64,000 nt of DNA from a virus. Taxonomy: Duplodnaviria > Heunggongvirae > Uroviricota > Caudoviricetes. Both the position numbers and the translations under genes were made by a program. This document shows, piece after piece, positions 1 through 9,236 of the stretch (position 1 is the stretch's first letter; every line of letters starts with the position of its first letter). The stretch spans positions 100,770 to 164,769 of IMG/VR virus record IMGVR_UViG_3300048672_000527. One strand, given 5' to 3'. The notes under the pieces were generated by a model that saw nothing but the letters and a program-made list of their open reading frames with translations, did not search any database and was not told the origin of the DNA.

Positions 1-144
1 AACGAATTCGTATGGAGTTATGGTGTAGAATTGCAGCAGAGTGTACGCGTGCTGAAAATTGTCGGTCAAAAACTGTACCAGCCGAGTGGGCAAATACTGT
101 ACTAGCAGCATTTGATAAAAGATTTGATATTAAGGAGACTCACA

Positions 145-363
145 ATGGGGTGGTCTAGTGGGACAGAAATTTTTGATGTGGCTGTTTGTGAATTACTAAA
201 GACGAAATGTACTACAGAAGAGAAAAAGAAAGTAATCAAGGCTCTGATTAAGGTCATGTGGGATCATGACTGGGACTGTGAGTATGATAGTAATTTTATT
301 GATGTACCTTTGGTTCGACAAGTCTTTAAGGACCTAAACCCGCGGATGTTTGAAGACGACTGA
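145..363 (+). CDS. hypothetical protein; start moved to ATG after AAGGAG
   Basis: ORF 112..363; RBS AAGGAG 7 nt upstream of ATG at 145. Confidence 0.45.
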   Translation: MGWSSGTEIFDVAVCELLKTKCTTEEKKKVIKALIKVMWDHDWDCEYDSNFIDVPLVRQVFKDLNPRMFEDD

Positions 364-415
364 TTTACTTTTATTCATCGATATGATAGAATAACACATC
401 ACAACAGGGATTCAT

Positions 416-604
416 ATGTACTACGTTTTTGTAACCAATAAAGGTTGGATCATGGATTTTTCTATGACCGGAAACCAACTTCTGTACACAATGAATCCAG
501 AACATGCTGCCGGGTTTGAAGTAGAATCTCTCATCTGGACCACAGCAGAGGAATTCAATATTCCTCGTGATGCAATTTCTATTTTTGAATCTTCGATGTT
601 TTAA
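416..604 (+). CDS. hypothetical protein
   Basis: ORF; fills gap; stop TAA overlaps next early promoter. Confidence 0.4.
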   Translation: MYYVFVTNKGWIMDFSMTGNQLLYTMNPEHAAGFEVESLIWTTAEEFNIPRDAISIFESSMF

Positions 605-607
605 CGA

Positions 608-636
608 TTTACTTTTATTCTTTTTGATGATATAAT
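608..636 (+). promoter_or_regulatory. T4-type early promoter (-35 TTTACT / 17 nt / -10 TATAAT)
   Basis: TTTACTTTTATTC...TATAAT motif, recurs ~25x in window. Confidence 0.7.
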
Positions 637-661
637 AACTTCATTGAAACAAGGAATGAAA

Positions 662-982
662 ATGACTAAGTTTGTTAAAGCCAATTTTGTTGGTACTGAA
701 TACGTTACTTATGAAGGTCAGTTTATCGCCCGCTTTAAGCGCGGCAACCGTAGTTCGTTTCTCGCATTTCTAGTAAAGAATTTTACTGTAGAGGAATATC
801 TACACGGTTTGCAGCTGGGTATCGCCCCCCTAACTATGTTGGAATCTAAAGGTTATTTGCTTCCTCATATTAAGCGTTGGCTCAAGGAAGGTGGCTATCC
901 TGTGACCGTTGCTGGTTTTAAGATGATGGTTGCTGATAACATTGAAAAACGTATTGCTTATTCTCAACAAAAAGCTGCTTAA
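662..982 (+). CDS. hypothetical early protein
   Basis: ORF 644..982 (TTG in track); ATG at 662 after AAGGAA; downstream of promoter. Confidence 0.5.
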   Translation: MTKFVKANFVGTEYVTYEGQFIARFKRGNRSSFLAFLVKNFTVEEYLHGLQLGIAPLTMLESKGYLLPHIKRWLKEGGYPVTVAGFKMMVADNIEKRIAYSQQKAA

Positions 983-983
983 A

Positions 984-1187
984 ATGGTCTCGCATATTAT
1001 TCCTATCCAAGTCCGTCACGCAATGCAACGCGTATACCATGTTGGTTCTAATATGACAGATACTGATTTTCAAGTCTTGTTTGACTATTACACACAGAAC
1101 AATCAAATGCCCTATGGTGTAGCCAAGGCCCGTACAGGTGATCCTTACGAGTGGATTGCGCGCACAGTGCGTGAAGTTTTTCAGTGA
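984..1187 (+). CDS. hypothetical protein
   Basis: ORF 930..1187; internal ATG at 984 immediately after upstream stop. Confidence 0.45.
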   Translation: MVSHIIPIQVRHAMQRVYHVGSNMTDTDFQVLFDYYTQNNQMPYGVAKARTGDPYEWIARTVREVFQ

Positions 1188-1216
1188 TTTACTTTTATTC
1201 ATTGGCGTGATATAAT
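1188..1216 (+). promoter_or_regulatory. T4-type early promoter
   Basis: TGATTTACTTTTATTCATTGGCGTGATATAAT; stop TGA of upstream gene overlaps -35. Confidence 0.7.
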
Positions 1217-1241
1217 AACTCCATTGAAACAAGAGGTTAAT

Positions 1242-1790
1242 ATGGTTCTGACTAAAGATAGTATTATTCAGATGTTAATCAGCAACAATAAAGCTGTTGG
1301 TCGCGCATTGATTGTTCTAAACGATCGTCAGACATCGGATGAGCAATACAACCAGAGTACGAATCGGAATAATGGTCGCGGATTCACTCCCGCGGATGCC
1401 CGAATGGGTACTTCAATGGCCAATTTCTTTACGAAATTTAATCGTCTATCTGATAAGCAGCTGGCGTACTGGCGCAAGCCTAATGTTCGCGGTGTACCCC
1501 GTATAGCGAAGTATGCGGGACAGCTGCTCGAGATTGCACAGATGAAGCAAATCGAAAAGACTACTGCACCCAAAGTTTCAGAAGACTTGGGTAATCTACT
1601 GGAAGAGCAAATGGCTCTGCAGGAACGGATTGATGCTTTCAAGCTTGAAATTGAACTCTATCGCGATAGTGATGATATGGAAGGTATTGCTCAAATGGAG
1701 TTGCACCTTGATTCACTGTTCGATGCAATGATTTCGCTTAACGAGCGAATTGAGGAAGTAAAGCGTTGCGAATTTAAGATGAATCGCTAA
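1242..1790 (+). CDS. hypothetical protein, coiled-coil C-terminus
   Basis: ORF; RBS AGAGG then ATG 1242. Confidence 0.55.
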   Translation: MVLTKDSIIQMLISNNKAVGRALIVLNDRQTSDEQYNQSTNRNNGRGFTPADARMGTSMANFFTKFNRLSDKQLAYWRKPNVRGVPRIAKYAGQLLEIAQMKQIEKTTAPKVSEDLGNLLEEQMALQERIDAFKLEIELYRDSDDMEGIAQMELHLDSLFDAMISLNERIEEVKRCEFKMNR

Positions 1791-1819
1791 TTTACTTTTA
1801 TTCATGAATGTGTTATACT
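1791..1819 (+). promoter_or_regulatory. T4-type early promoter (-10 TATACT)
   Basis: TTTACTTTTATTC..TATACT. Confidence 0.6.
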
Positions 1820-1880
1820 TACATTTCCAAAACGAAGTATAACAAGTTTTGACTTTTCTTTTAACTAAGGACTTTATATT

Positions 1881-2858
1881 ATGGCACATGAATTGACGCA
1901 ACGCGCAAATGGTTTTACTGAAATGGCTTTCGTGGGTGATCGTTCCGAAATCTGGCACGGCCTGGGACAAGAACTGACCCGTGGTAGTTCGATTGAAACT
2001 TGGCAGCAACAAGCTGGAATGGACTGGGAAATTCTTTCCACACCTCTGACCTTCCGAGATCAGGATAATCAAATTCAGGAATTTGAGGATCGTAGCATCC
2101 TGTTCCGTAGCGATACGCGACAAGGTCTGTCGGTTGTTAGCTCTAAGTATAAAGCTGTTCAACCGAAGGAAGTTTTGGAATTCTTCCGTAGTCTGACCGC
2201 AGATGCTGGTATGGAATTGTCTACTGCCGGAACTTTGTTCGGTGGCAAGAAATTCTGGGCACTGGCTGACACAAAACAAAAGCTGATCATGAATGGTGGT
2301 GACGCTATCAATGGTTATCTGTTGCTGTCTACCTCTTGTGATGGTACTATGGCAACTTCTGCTCAGTTCACCTCAGTCCGTGTGGTCTGCAATAACACTC
2401 TGCGTGTCGCAGTGGCAGAAAAGAATAAATCCAAGGTTGCAACATCTCATAGCACTACGTTTAAGCCTAACCAGGTTAAATCTGAACTTGGTCTGTTTGA
2501 ATCTTCTTGGGATAAATTCTCCCGTCAACTGGTTCAGATGCAAGCTCAGGCCGTTTCCACTAAGGATGCATGGCAAGACATTATGTCTCTGCTAGCCAAC
2601 GACCCGACTGATCCAACCAACGCAGAAGTCCGTAATGTTGACCAAGTTCATAACTTGTTCTTGGGTGGTGGTATGGGATCGGATGTTGCGGGACAAACTG
2701 TATACGGTCTGTTGAATGCTCTGACTGAGTACAACGATCACCATGTTGGTCGTGTGGCTGACCGCCGGCTGGATTCTACCTTCTGGGGTAACTCTAACAA
2801 GGCTAAGAACGAAGCCTTTGAGTACCTGGTTAACACCTACGATATTGAAACTGTTTAA
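1881..2858 (+). CDS. conserved phage protein, possibly DUF932-like
   Basis: 325-aa ORF with RBS AAGGA; family assignment from memory only. Confidence 0.6.
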   Translation: MAHELTQRANGFTEMAFVGDRSEIWHGLGQELTRGSSIETWQQQAGMDWEILSTPLTFRDQDNQIQEFEDRSILFRSDTRQGLSVVSSKYKAVQPKEVLEFFRSLTADAGMELSTAGTLFGGKKFWALADTKQKLIMNGGDAINGYLLLSTSCDGTMATSAQFTSVRVVCNNTLRVAVAEKNKSKVATSHSTTFKPNQVKSELGLFESSWDKFSRQLVQMQAQAVSTKDAWQDIMSLLANDPTDPTNAEVRNVDQVHNLFLGGGMGSDVAGQTVYGLLNALTEYNDHHVGRVADRRLDSTFWGNSNKAKNEAFEYLVNTYDIETV

Positions 2859-2862
2859 TTCT

Positions 2863-2885
2863 GGGGACTTCGGTCCCCTCTTTTC
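2863..2885 (+). terminator. rho-independent terminator
   Basis: GGGGAC-TTCG-GTCCCC hairpin followed by TCTTTTC. Confidence 0.8.
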
Positions 2886-3209
2886 ATGATTACATTCCAA
2901 AAATTAACACCCAAGCAAGCCAAGTGGCTCTCGCTAATCAAAGATTATTTCAGTGATTGGTATTCCTCTGGTACAATAACTCATAAGCAATTAGTTGAAG
3001 CACACGAAAAATTCATGAGTCTTAGAAAAGAAGACCCATCGAATAAGGTTGGATGGCCAATTTGGCTTATCATGGGAAACAATATTGGCCGCGGGCTGTA
3101 CCAATTACCCGTTCCAAAATTCAAAGAAGTAGATGAAGTTGATCCTGATTCTACTCACGAATTTTATCCCGAATATGTTGCTGAACTAAAAGAGTTTGGT
3201 GTTGTGTGA
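2886..3209 (+). CDS. hypothetical protein
   Basis: ORF; no clear RBS. Confidence 0.45.
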   Translation: MITFQKLTPKQAKWLSLIKDYFSDWYSSGTITHKQLVEAHEKFMSLRKEDPSNKVGWPIWLIMGNNIGRGLYQLPVPKFKEVDEVDPDSTHEFYPEYVAELKEFGVV

Positions 3210-3256
3210 TAGTGGTAGCACAATATCAATTTTAAGTACCACATGGAGTATTGATT

Positions 3257-3502
3257 ATGAAGAAGAAAATTTCTAAGACTGAGCGCCTGATTCAAACTTT
3301 GCGCACCGGCAAGGAACTGACATCTGCGCAAGTAGAGAAGTTTGGTTTTGCATCGGCAGACGCTATTGTTGGTGGTCTGCGCAACTGGCGCCGTATTGCT
3401 GTTTATGCAAACCAGCGCACACTGCGTGATGGTAGCCGTGTTGTGAAGTACCGCATTGGTATGCCGACACAAGCTATGCAAGAACAAGGTTTCACAGCGT
3501 AA
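3257..3502 (+). CDS. hypothetical small basic protein
   Basis: ORF 3251 (TTG); ATG 3257 after GGAG. Confidence 0.45.
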   Translation: MKKKISKTERLIQTLRTGKELTSAQVEKFGFASADAIVGGLRNWRRIAVYANQRTLRDGSRVVKYRIGMPTQAMQEQGFTA

Positions 3503-3513
3503 ATAAAAGCCTC

Positions 3514-3957
3514 ATGACGAAAACTCTAGGAATGAAATTCGACCAAGAGAAAGCACGCATGGGGCTTTTGCCTCCGCGTGCTCTTCGTCTTGTTTCGGAA
3601 GTTTTGACATTTGGTGCAAAGAAGTATTTGCCAAATAATTGGAAGTATGTAGAAAACGGGCCCGAGCGTTATCTAGATGCTGCACTACGTCATATTACAT
3701 CATATATGACCGGTGAAAAGAATGATCCAGAAACCGGTTTACCTCATATGGCTCACGCGTTGTGTTGCCTGATGTTCATTGCTGATCTGGAAGCAGAGGC
3801 AGAAGAAACTGCTGACAAAAATAAAAAGTTTGGTACAGAGTCTATCAAGTTAGACGGAGCACCAGGCTGGCCATTTCAGCCACCAGAAGAAGATGTTTAT
3901 GTTACACTCGGATCGGTTCTCGACTACATGGTTCGACAATCACAATTAGGAAAATAA
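3514..3957 (+). CDS. hypothetical protein (possible nucleotide pyrophosphohydrolase-like N-domain; uncertain)
   Basis: 147-aa ORF immediately upstream of gene 45. Confidence 0.45.
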   Translation: MTKTLGMKFDQEKARMGLLPPRALRLVSEVLTFGAKKYLPNNWKYVENGPERYLDAALRHITSYMTGEKNDPETGLPHMAHALCCLMFIADLEAEAEETADKNKKFGTESIKLDGAPGWPFQPPEEDVYVTLGSVLDYMVRQSQLGK

Positions 3958-3959
3958 AA

Positions 3960-4619
3960 ATGAAACTATCAAAAGAAACATTGGCTGTTATTCGTAACTT
4001 TGCCGGTATTAATCAAAACCTTCTGATTAAGAAGGGTAATCAACTCGATACTATCAATGTTCAGAAGAACGTAATTGCTAGTGCTTCGGTTGATGAAACA
4101 TTCGACACACAATTCGGTATCTATGACGCAGGTGAATTCCTCGGTGTTATTGGATTGTTTAGCAATCCTGATATTGAATTCAAGGAAAAGTTTGCTGTCA
4201 TCAAGGAAGGCGGTTCCAGTGTCAAGTTCTACGCGGCGGATGAATCTGTATTGACTGTTCCAACTAAGTCTGTTAAGTTCCCTGATGCGGATATTCACTT
4301 TGAGTTGTCCGAAGAACAATTGGCTACAATTCAAAAAACTGCAAGTGTATTGCGTGCTTTGGATGTATCGGTAATCGGTAAGGATGGAAAACTGGTTGTT
4401 TGTGTTGGAGACTTGAAGAACACCACCGCAAATACATTCAATTTGGAATTGGGTGATACCGATGCAGCAGATTTTACGGCCAATATCAAGATTGAAAACT
4501 TGAAGCTGATGCCACGTAAGTACACTGTGTCTATTTCTCGTAAGAAGATTAGCCGCTTTGTTTCTGAAGATGGTAAACTGACCGTTTACGTTGCTTTGGA
4601 ATCTACATCTGAACTATAA
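3960..4619 (+). CDS. 45: sliding clamp gp45
   Basis: MKLSK...N-terminus and overall alignment to T4 gp45 (228 aa); synteny 45-44-62-regA-43. Confidence 0.9.
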   Translation: MKLSKETLAVIRNFAGINQNLLIKKGNQLDTINVQKNVIASASVDETFDTQFGIYDAGEFLGVIGLFSNPDIEFKEKFAVIKEGGSSVKFYAADESVLTVPTKSVKFPDADIHFELSEEQLATIQKTASVLRALDVSVIGKDGKLVVCVGDLKNTTANTFNLELGDTDAADFTANIKIENLKLMPRKYTVSISRKKISRFVSEDGKLTVYVALESTSEL

Positions 4620-4628
4620 GGATTAATT

Positions 4629-4814
4629 ATGGAAGACAAATATATTAGTATTCAATCCGTCGAAGGCGGATATATTGTTCAAAAACATGAAGGTGGACAG
4701 ACAGTACACACTTCGTTGAATAACGCCGTGAAGCAAGTTAAAGAATTGCTAAAGCCGACTGAATCGACGGATGAATCTGTTGGTACTACTGGCCAGCAAC
4801 AACTCAACGGTTAA
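4629..4814 (+). CDS. hypothetical small protein
   Basis: ORF with RBS TAAGGA. Confidence 0.45.
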   Translation: MEDKYISIQSVEGGYIVQKHEGGQTVHTSLNNAVKQVKELLKPTESTDESVGTTGQQQLNG

Positions 4815-4923
4815 TTATTTTGGCTCTAAGCGGGCTAGTAATTGAGACAACCCGCCGAATCTTATTAAACTGCTGGCAAGCCGATAAATTCTTTCTCAGG
4901 ATGTGCAGTTAAGAAGAGCCATT

Positions 4924-4998
4924 GCGACTCTAGCATAATGGTAGTGCCGAGAACTCATAATTCTTAAGGTCTGGGTTCGACTCCCGGGGGTCGCACCA
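4924..4998 (+). tRNA. tRNA-Met (anticodon CAT)
   Basis: acceptor GCGACTC/GGGTCGC, T-arm CTGGGTTCGACTCCCGG, loop CTCATAA, encoded CCA. Confidence 0.75.
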
Positions 4999-5009
4999 AA
5001 AGGATTTAT

Positions 5010-5336
5010 ATGACACCAGGACAGATAAAACAGAAAATTGAAGATTTAGAAAAGACTGTGACGTTGTTGCAAAATACAGTAACACTGCTACAGACCTCGA
5101 TCATCAATTTGCAACAACAAGTGAATAATATTGCGAGAAATAATACTCACAATATTCCAATTGGGCCGGGTTATTATCCGCCAAATTGGACACCGCACCC
5201 AGTGACCTGGCCTAATTTTAAGCCATATGAAGTGACTTGTCAAGATGGTTCTACTATCAAAATTAATTCACCGATTGTGGCCCAAGGCCGATGGGAATCA
5301 GGGGCAACAGCTAATGAATGGAAACCAATTCCATAA
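5010..5336 (+). CDS. hypothetical protein, N-terminal coiled coil
   Basis: ORF with RBS AAGGA. Confidence 0.5.
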   Translation: MTPGQIKQKIEDLEKTVTLLQNTVTLLQTSIINLQQQVNNIARNNTHNIPIGPGYYPPNWTPHPVTWPNFKPYEVTCQDGSTIKINSPIVAQGRWESGATANEWKPIP

Positions 5337-5540
5337 ATAGAAGTAATGGTAGTCAACTGACTTTCAGAAACGATTGGAACACCCCGGTTCGATTCCGGGC
5401 AGTTCCACCATAACTATTCTATAGGGTTCGACTCCCACCAATGACCATAAATCAGTTAATCCTGATCTGGTTCTAGTATAGTTATGATGGGGCTGAACAG
5501 GTTTTCGACTCCGAAAGAAGTAAGATAGATTAGCTACTCG
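5337..5540 (+). ncRNA. tRNA-like fragments / acceptor-T minihelix (GGAACACCCCGGTTCGATTCCGGGCAGTTCCACCA) plus two more T-arm-like hairpins
   Basis: three GGTTCGAYTCC-type T-arm motifs without complete cloverleaf. Confidence 0.3.
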
Positions 5541-5666
5541 TCAGCGATAGACGTAAAAACTAAATGTAAGTAAATGCAAATATTGCACAAAACGATGAGG
5601 TCTTCGCTCTTGTAGCGTGATCGACTCTGAGGTAACATAGCCTTATAACCGAATAATGTCTAGCAG

Positions 5667-5712
5667 TGGGAGGGAAGGCTAGTAAAACATTCCTCCCGCC
5701 ATTATTTCTTTC
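5667..5712 (+). terminator. putative terminator hairpin
   Basis: GGGAGG..17nt..CCTCCC then T-rich. Confidence 0.4.
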
Positions 5713-5762
5713 TATTGTGTCCGTGTGATACAATAGCATATCTACATTATGAAAGTCATACA

Positions 5763-6713
5763 ATGAGCATTGACAACGACAAGCTGAATTCATTAGTTTG
5801 GGCAGAGAAGTATCGCCCCAAGAAACTTGAAGATGCTATTCTCCCAGAATCAACTAAGAAAATGATCCGTGAACTTTTGGATAGTGGAAATATTCCGCAC
5901 TTCTTGTTCACGGGTACAGCTGGTACAGGTAAAACTACACTGGCAAGAATCATTGCCAGTGAACTTGATGCCGACCTGATGTATATCAATGCTTCGCTAG
6001 AAGGTATTGATGCAGTTCGTCTGAATGTGATTCAGTTCTCGTCGTCTGTGTCATTTGGTGATGGAATTAAGATTGTTCTTCTTGACGAGTTCGATGGAGC
6101 CAGCGCTCAGCAACAACAATCGTTGCGTGGTGTTATTGAACAATTTCCGAACACGCGATTTATTTTCACGTGTAATTTCAAGAATAAGGTTATGGATGCT
6201 ATTCATAGCCGATGCCAAGTGATTGACTTTAAAGTTCCTAAGGCAGAAATTCCAAAACTTCAGGCTGCATTTTTCAAGCGCGTTATTACAATTCTAGAAA
6301 CCGAGAATATCGAATATGATAAACCAGCGGTTGCCGAGTTGGTCAAAAAGTTCTATCCTGATTTCCGTAGTACACTAAACGCATTGCAGAGTTATAGTTC
6401 AAGTGGTAAGATTGACACAGGTATTCTTGTTAATCAAACCGATGCTTTAATTGAAGAACTTGCCAAACATTTGAAGGTAAAAAACTTCACCGAGATGCGC
6501 AAGTGGGTTGGTAATTATAATGATATGGAACCGGAAGTCGTGTTCCGCGGTCTGTATGATAAGGTAATTCCACAGCTTGATCCGCGTTGTGTACCAAGTG
6601 TTATTGTTACCCTCGGTGATTATATGTATAAGTGTAGTCAAGTAGCGGACACAGAAGTTCTTGTTGCTGCAGCACTAACTCACTTCATGTCGGAGGCTGT
6701 GTGGAATTCGTAA
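5763..6713 (+). CDS. 44: clamp loader large subunit gp44 (RFC-like AAA+ ATPase)
   Basis: EKYRP, GTAGTGKTT Walker A, alignment to T4 gp44; ORF 5715 trimmed to MSID. Confidence 0.9.
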   Translation: MSIDNDKLNSLVWAEKYRPKKLEDAILPESTKKMIRELLDSGNIPHFLFTGTAGTGKTTLARIIASELDADLMYINASLEGIDAVRLNVIQFSSSVSFGDGIKIVLLDEFDGASAQQQQSLRGVIEQFPNTRFIFTCNFKNKVMDAIHSRCQVIDFKVPKAEIPKLQAAFFKRVITILETENIEYDKPAVAELVKKFYPDFRSTLNALQSYSSSGKIDTGILVNQTDALIEELAKHLKVKNFTEMRKWVGNYNDMEPEVVFRGLYDKVIPQLDPRCVPSVIVTLGDYMYKCSQVADTEVLVAAALTHFMSEAVWNS

Positions 6714-6985
6714 GCACATATTTCTGGGAACTTTTGGCGTGTGGTTTTGTTTTATCAATGGTTTACAAAATTGGACTGTTCAGTGGAATGCAGATGAATA
6801 TTTCATCTCCCGTCCGCGTAATTTCACATGAAAATATTGACGGTTCATTTTACTGGCATGATATTGTAAACTCTGCATTTCTATTTCAGACCAAAACATT
6901 TGCAGAAGGCGAGAAAAAACTTATTGAATCTCTTGAGCCACGTCAGCGCATCTTCTTGATTGAAGCTGGTAATATTTCATTATAA
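6701..6985 (+). CDS. hypothetical protein (GTG start in track)
   Basis: ORF between 44 and 62; start uncertain. Confidence 0.3.
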   Translation: MEFVSTYFWELLACGFVLSMVYKIGLFSGMQMNISSPVRVISHENIDGSFYWHDIVNSAFLFQTKTFAEGEKKLIESLEPRQRIFLIEAGNISL

Positions 6986-6996
6986 AAAGTTGAATA

Positions 6997-7374
6997 ATGT
7001 CTGGACTATTTGATATTATTGGACAGCTGTCCACATCGACAACAGATAATTGGTCTGACATAGAAGAGAAGGATTACGTTTCGTTCATGGTGAATCGGAA
7101 CTTCAGCTTGTTTGTTGATACAGTAATGTTGGCCAACGAGATGAATAAAATTCATACAATTCCCAAAAAGTGGCAGTATGATTTCTATAGATTAGCTGTT
7201 CAACCTAAAAAGAAGAGGTTTGCCAAGTGGCACAAACCAGAGAAGGATGAAACCGTAGAACTTATCATGAACACGTATAAAGTCAATCGACAACGTGCCA
7301 AATCCATCTACAATTTACTCAATGAAGAAAGTATAAATACTTTACGAACGTTGACAAATTGTGGTGGAAAATAA
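6997..7374 (+). CDS. 62: clamp loader small subunit gp62
   Basis: DYVSFMV and KRFAKWHKPEKDETVELI similar to T4 gp62; position between 44 and regA. Confidence 0.8.
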   Translation: MSGLFDIIGQLSTSTTDNWSDIEEKDYVSFMVNRNFSLFVDTVMLANEMNKIHTIPKKWQYDFYRLAVQPKKKRFAKWHKPEKDETVELIMNTYKVNRQRAKSIYNLLNEESINTLRTLTNCGGK

Positions 7375-7808
7375 TGATAACAACAAATACAATTGACCTA
7401 TATCCATGGACTTCAGAATCGCTATTGGAAATTGAATTATCAACTCCCGATGACTTTCTAAAAATCAAGGAAACTTTGACCCGCATTGGGGTTGCATCAA
7501 AACGCGATGATACACTGTATCAGACGTGTCACATTCTGCACAAACGTGGTAAATATTACTGTGCCATGTTTAAGGAACTATTTCAGTTGGATGGAAGACC
7601 ATCCGATATTTCTCATGAAGACATTTCACGCCGAAACACCATTGCTGCTTTATTGGAACAATGGGGCCTATGTAAAGTTGTTTCTTCTGACGAATATATT
7701 GATATGCGGGTACCTTTGAGCTCAATCAAGGTAGTAGCATATCGAGATAAAAAGAATTGGAACTTGCAGTCAAAATACGCTATGCGTAGTGAACGCAAAC
7801 CAAAGTAA
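7374..7808 (+). CDS. regA: translational repressor RegA
   Basis: DFLKIKETLTRIGVA..YQTCHILHKRGKYY matches T4 RegA; TAATG overlap with 62. Confidence 0.85.
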   Translation: MITTNTIDLYPWTSESLLEIELSTPDDFLKIKETLTRIGVASKRDDTLYQTCHILHKRGKYYCAMFKELFQLDGRPSDISHEDISRRNTIAALLEQWGLCKVVSSDEYIDMRVPLSSIKVVAYRDKKNWNLQSKYAMRSERKPK

Positions 7809-7829
7809 TTCGGGAGTGGTTCCCGGATA

Positions 7830-7858
7830 GTATCGCCGCAAGGGATACTCAATTTTAA
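7830..7858 (+). terminator. putative terminator hairpin
   Basis: GTATC..GCCGCAAGG..GATAC then TCAATTTT. Confidence 0.4.
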
Positions 7859-7886
7859 TAGGACGAAAGTCTATTAAGGAGAACTT

Positions 7887-8363
7887 ATGTTTGAAAATAT
7901 CTACACACCTCGTAGTTTTATTGGTTTTGATACTATGACAAAAACGCGAGAAAATCTGTTTAAGCTGATCGAACAGCAACGACAGTATGTTTATCCGCCA
8001 TATAATATTCGCAAGACTAGTGAAAATTCTTACGTGATTGAACTAGCAGCGGCGGGGTATTCAATTAGTGATTTTGAAATTACTATTGAAGATGACGCTC
8101 TTAATATTAAGTGCGAACCGCCTGTTATGACACAGGCGGAGCGTGATTCTATCATTCACTGTGGCTTGACTAATAAAAATTGGGCCCGCACTTTCATTCT
8201 TGGTGAATACGTGAGGGTCAAAACTTCATCTTATGTAAATGGTATGCTCCGTATTTTCTTGGAGCAACAACTTCCAGAAGAAAAGAAACCTATCCGTATC
8301 AATATTGAGGAACCTTCAGAGAAGACACATCCTCAACTCTTGAATGAAAATTCAGACTTCTAA
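7887..8363 (+). CDS. small heat-shock protein, Hsp20/alpha-crystallin family (IbpA-like)
   Basis: PPYNI..ELAAAGYS..GMLRIFLEQQLPEEKKPIRINI parallels E. coli IbpA; RBS AAGGAG. Confidence 0.8.
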   Translation: MFENIYTPRSFIGFDTMTKTRENLFKLIEQQRQYVYPPYNIRKTSENSYVIELAAAGYSISDFEITIEDDALNIKCEPPVMTQAERDSIIHCGLTNKNWARTFILGEYVRVKTSSYVNGMLRIFLEQQLPEEKKPIRINIEEPSEKTHPQLLNENSDF

Positions 8364-8366
8364 TGA

Positions 8367-8388
8367 AAGGGGCAAAGCCCCTTTTCTA
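8367..8388 (+). terminator. rho-independent terminator
   Basis: AGGGGCaaaGCCCCT then TTTCT. Confidence 0.8.
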
Positions 8389-8389
8389 T

Positions 8390-8581
8390 ATGGATATAAA
8401 AGTATTTCCGTTGCTTAAAATAGATCAATGGGTCTTCCGTGCTTCTATTTACGGACACGAGCAGATAATGCTTTTTGCATTCGGGCCTGATAGTACATTT
8501 TTATTCAGATTTTTTACGAAAGAATTAGATGCCATGGCGTTTATTGAGGAGTGTAGTATGGGTAAGCATTGCGACGAATAA
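8390..8581 (+). CDS. hypothetical protein (start uncertain)
   Basis: ORF 8363..8581 N-term overlaps terminator hairpin; trimmed to internal ATG. Confidence 0.25.
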   Translation: MDIKVFPLLKIDQWVFRASIYGHEQIMLFAFGPDSTFLFRFFTKELDAMAFIEECSMGKHCDE

Positions 8582-8633
8582 TTATTTCAGTTTTCTCTGT
8601 AAGATTATATAATGTTATTTTTGGAGTATTATT

Positions 8634-9236
8634 ATGAGTGGATTTTTCATCCTCGACCTAGAGACACTAGGTATTGAATCAAATTGTGTTTGTCTTTCCG
8701 CTGCAATGCTTTGGGTTGATCCTGAGCAACTTCCCGAGGATAATCAAGAGGCATATGAATATCTCCTAAAGCAGGGTGTATTCGTAAAACTAAATGCAAA
8801 ACAACAAGTCACTGAGTTATTCAAAGGACGCACTGTTGCCAAAAATGTTCTTGAGTGGTGGGAAAAGCAAGCAGAAGTTGTTCAGCGAGCATCGTTCATT
8901 CCAGATAAGGAAAGAGACCTAGACTGCTTGGTTGCTATCAATAAAATTAAAGGGTTTTTTGAATCAAAACCAGATCATAAAAAGGCTTGTGTTTGGGTAC
9001 GAGGGTCTCTTGATCAACCTGTTTTAGAATCTTTACTAAGATCATATGATGTTGAGCCATTTATCGGTTATAATAATTATCGGGATGTCCGGACTGCTAT
9101 TGATTTGATTTATCCTGATACTTCAAATGCAGGATATGTTGATGTTCCAGATTTTGAAGTCGGTAGTGTTATTAAACATCACCCGACACATGATTGTGCT
9201 TATGATGGTCTGATGCTCTTGAGAGGAAAACAGTGA
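8634..9236 (+). CDS. dexA: DEDD 3'-5' exonuclease A (DexA-like)
   Basis: ILDLETLG, WVRGSLDQP, HDCAYDGLML align with T4 DexA; RBS GGAG. Confidence 0.8.
   Translation: MSGFFILDLETLGIESNCVCLSAAMLWVDPEQLPEDNQEAYEYLLKQGVFVKLNAKQQVTELFKGRTVAKNVLEWWEKQAEVVQRASFIPDKERDLDCLVAINKIKGFFESKPDHKKACVWVRGSLDQPVLESLLRSYDVEPFIGYNNYRDVRTAIDLIYPDTSNAGYVDVPDFEVGSVIKHHPTHDCAYDGLMLLRGKQ

Noticed and set aside
1713-2279. Minus-strand ORFs antisense to + strand genes (e.g. 1713..2279, 10891..11316, 24554..25114, 44601..45128, 63427..63840)
   Set aside because: They lie fully inside confidently assigned + strand genes (DUF932-like, polymerase, Toprim/HNH and others). They lack RBS and are typical antisense artefacts.
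5560-5793. Minus-strand ORF 5560..5793 upstream of gene 44
   Set aside because: It overlaps the gene-44 start and promoter region, and its composition is not protein-like.
8363-8389. N-terminal 9 codons of ORF 8363..8581
   Set aside because: They are encoded by the intrinsic terminator hairpin after the Hsp20 gene. The start was moved to an internal ATG, and the gene itself remains doubtful.
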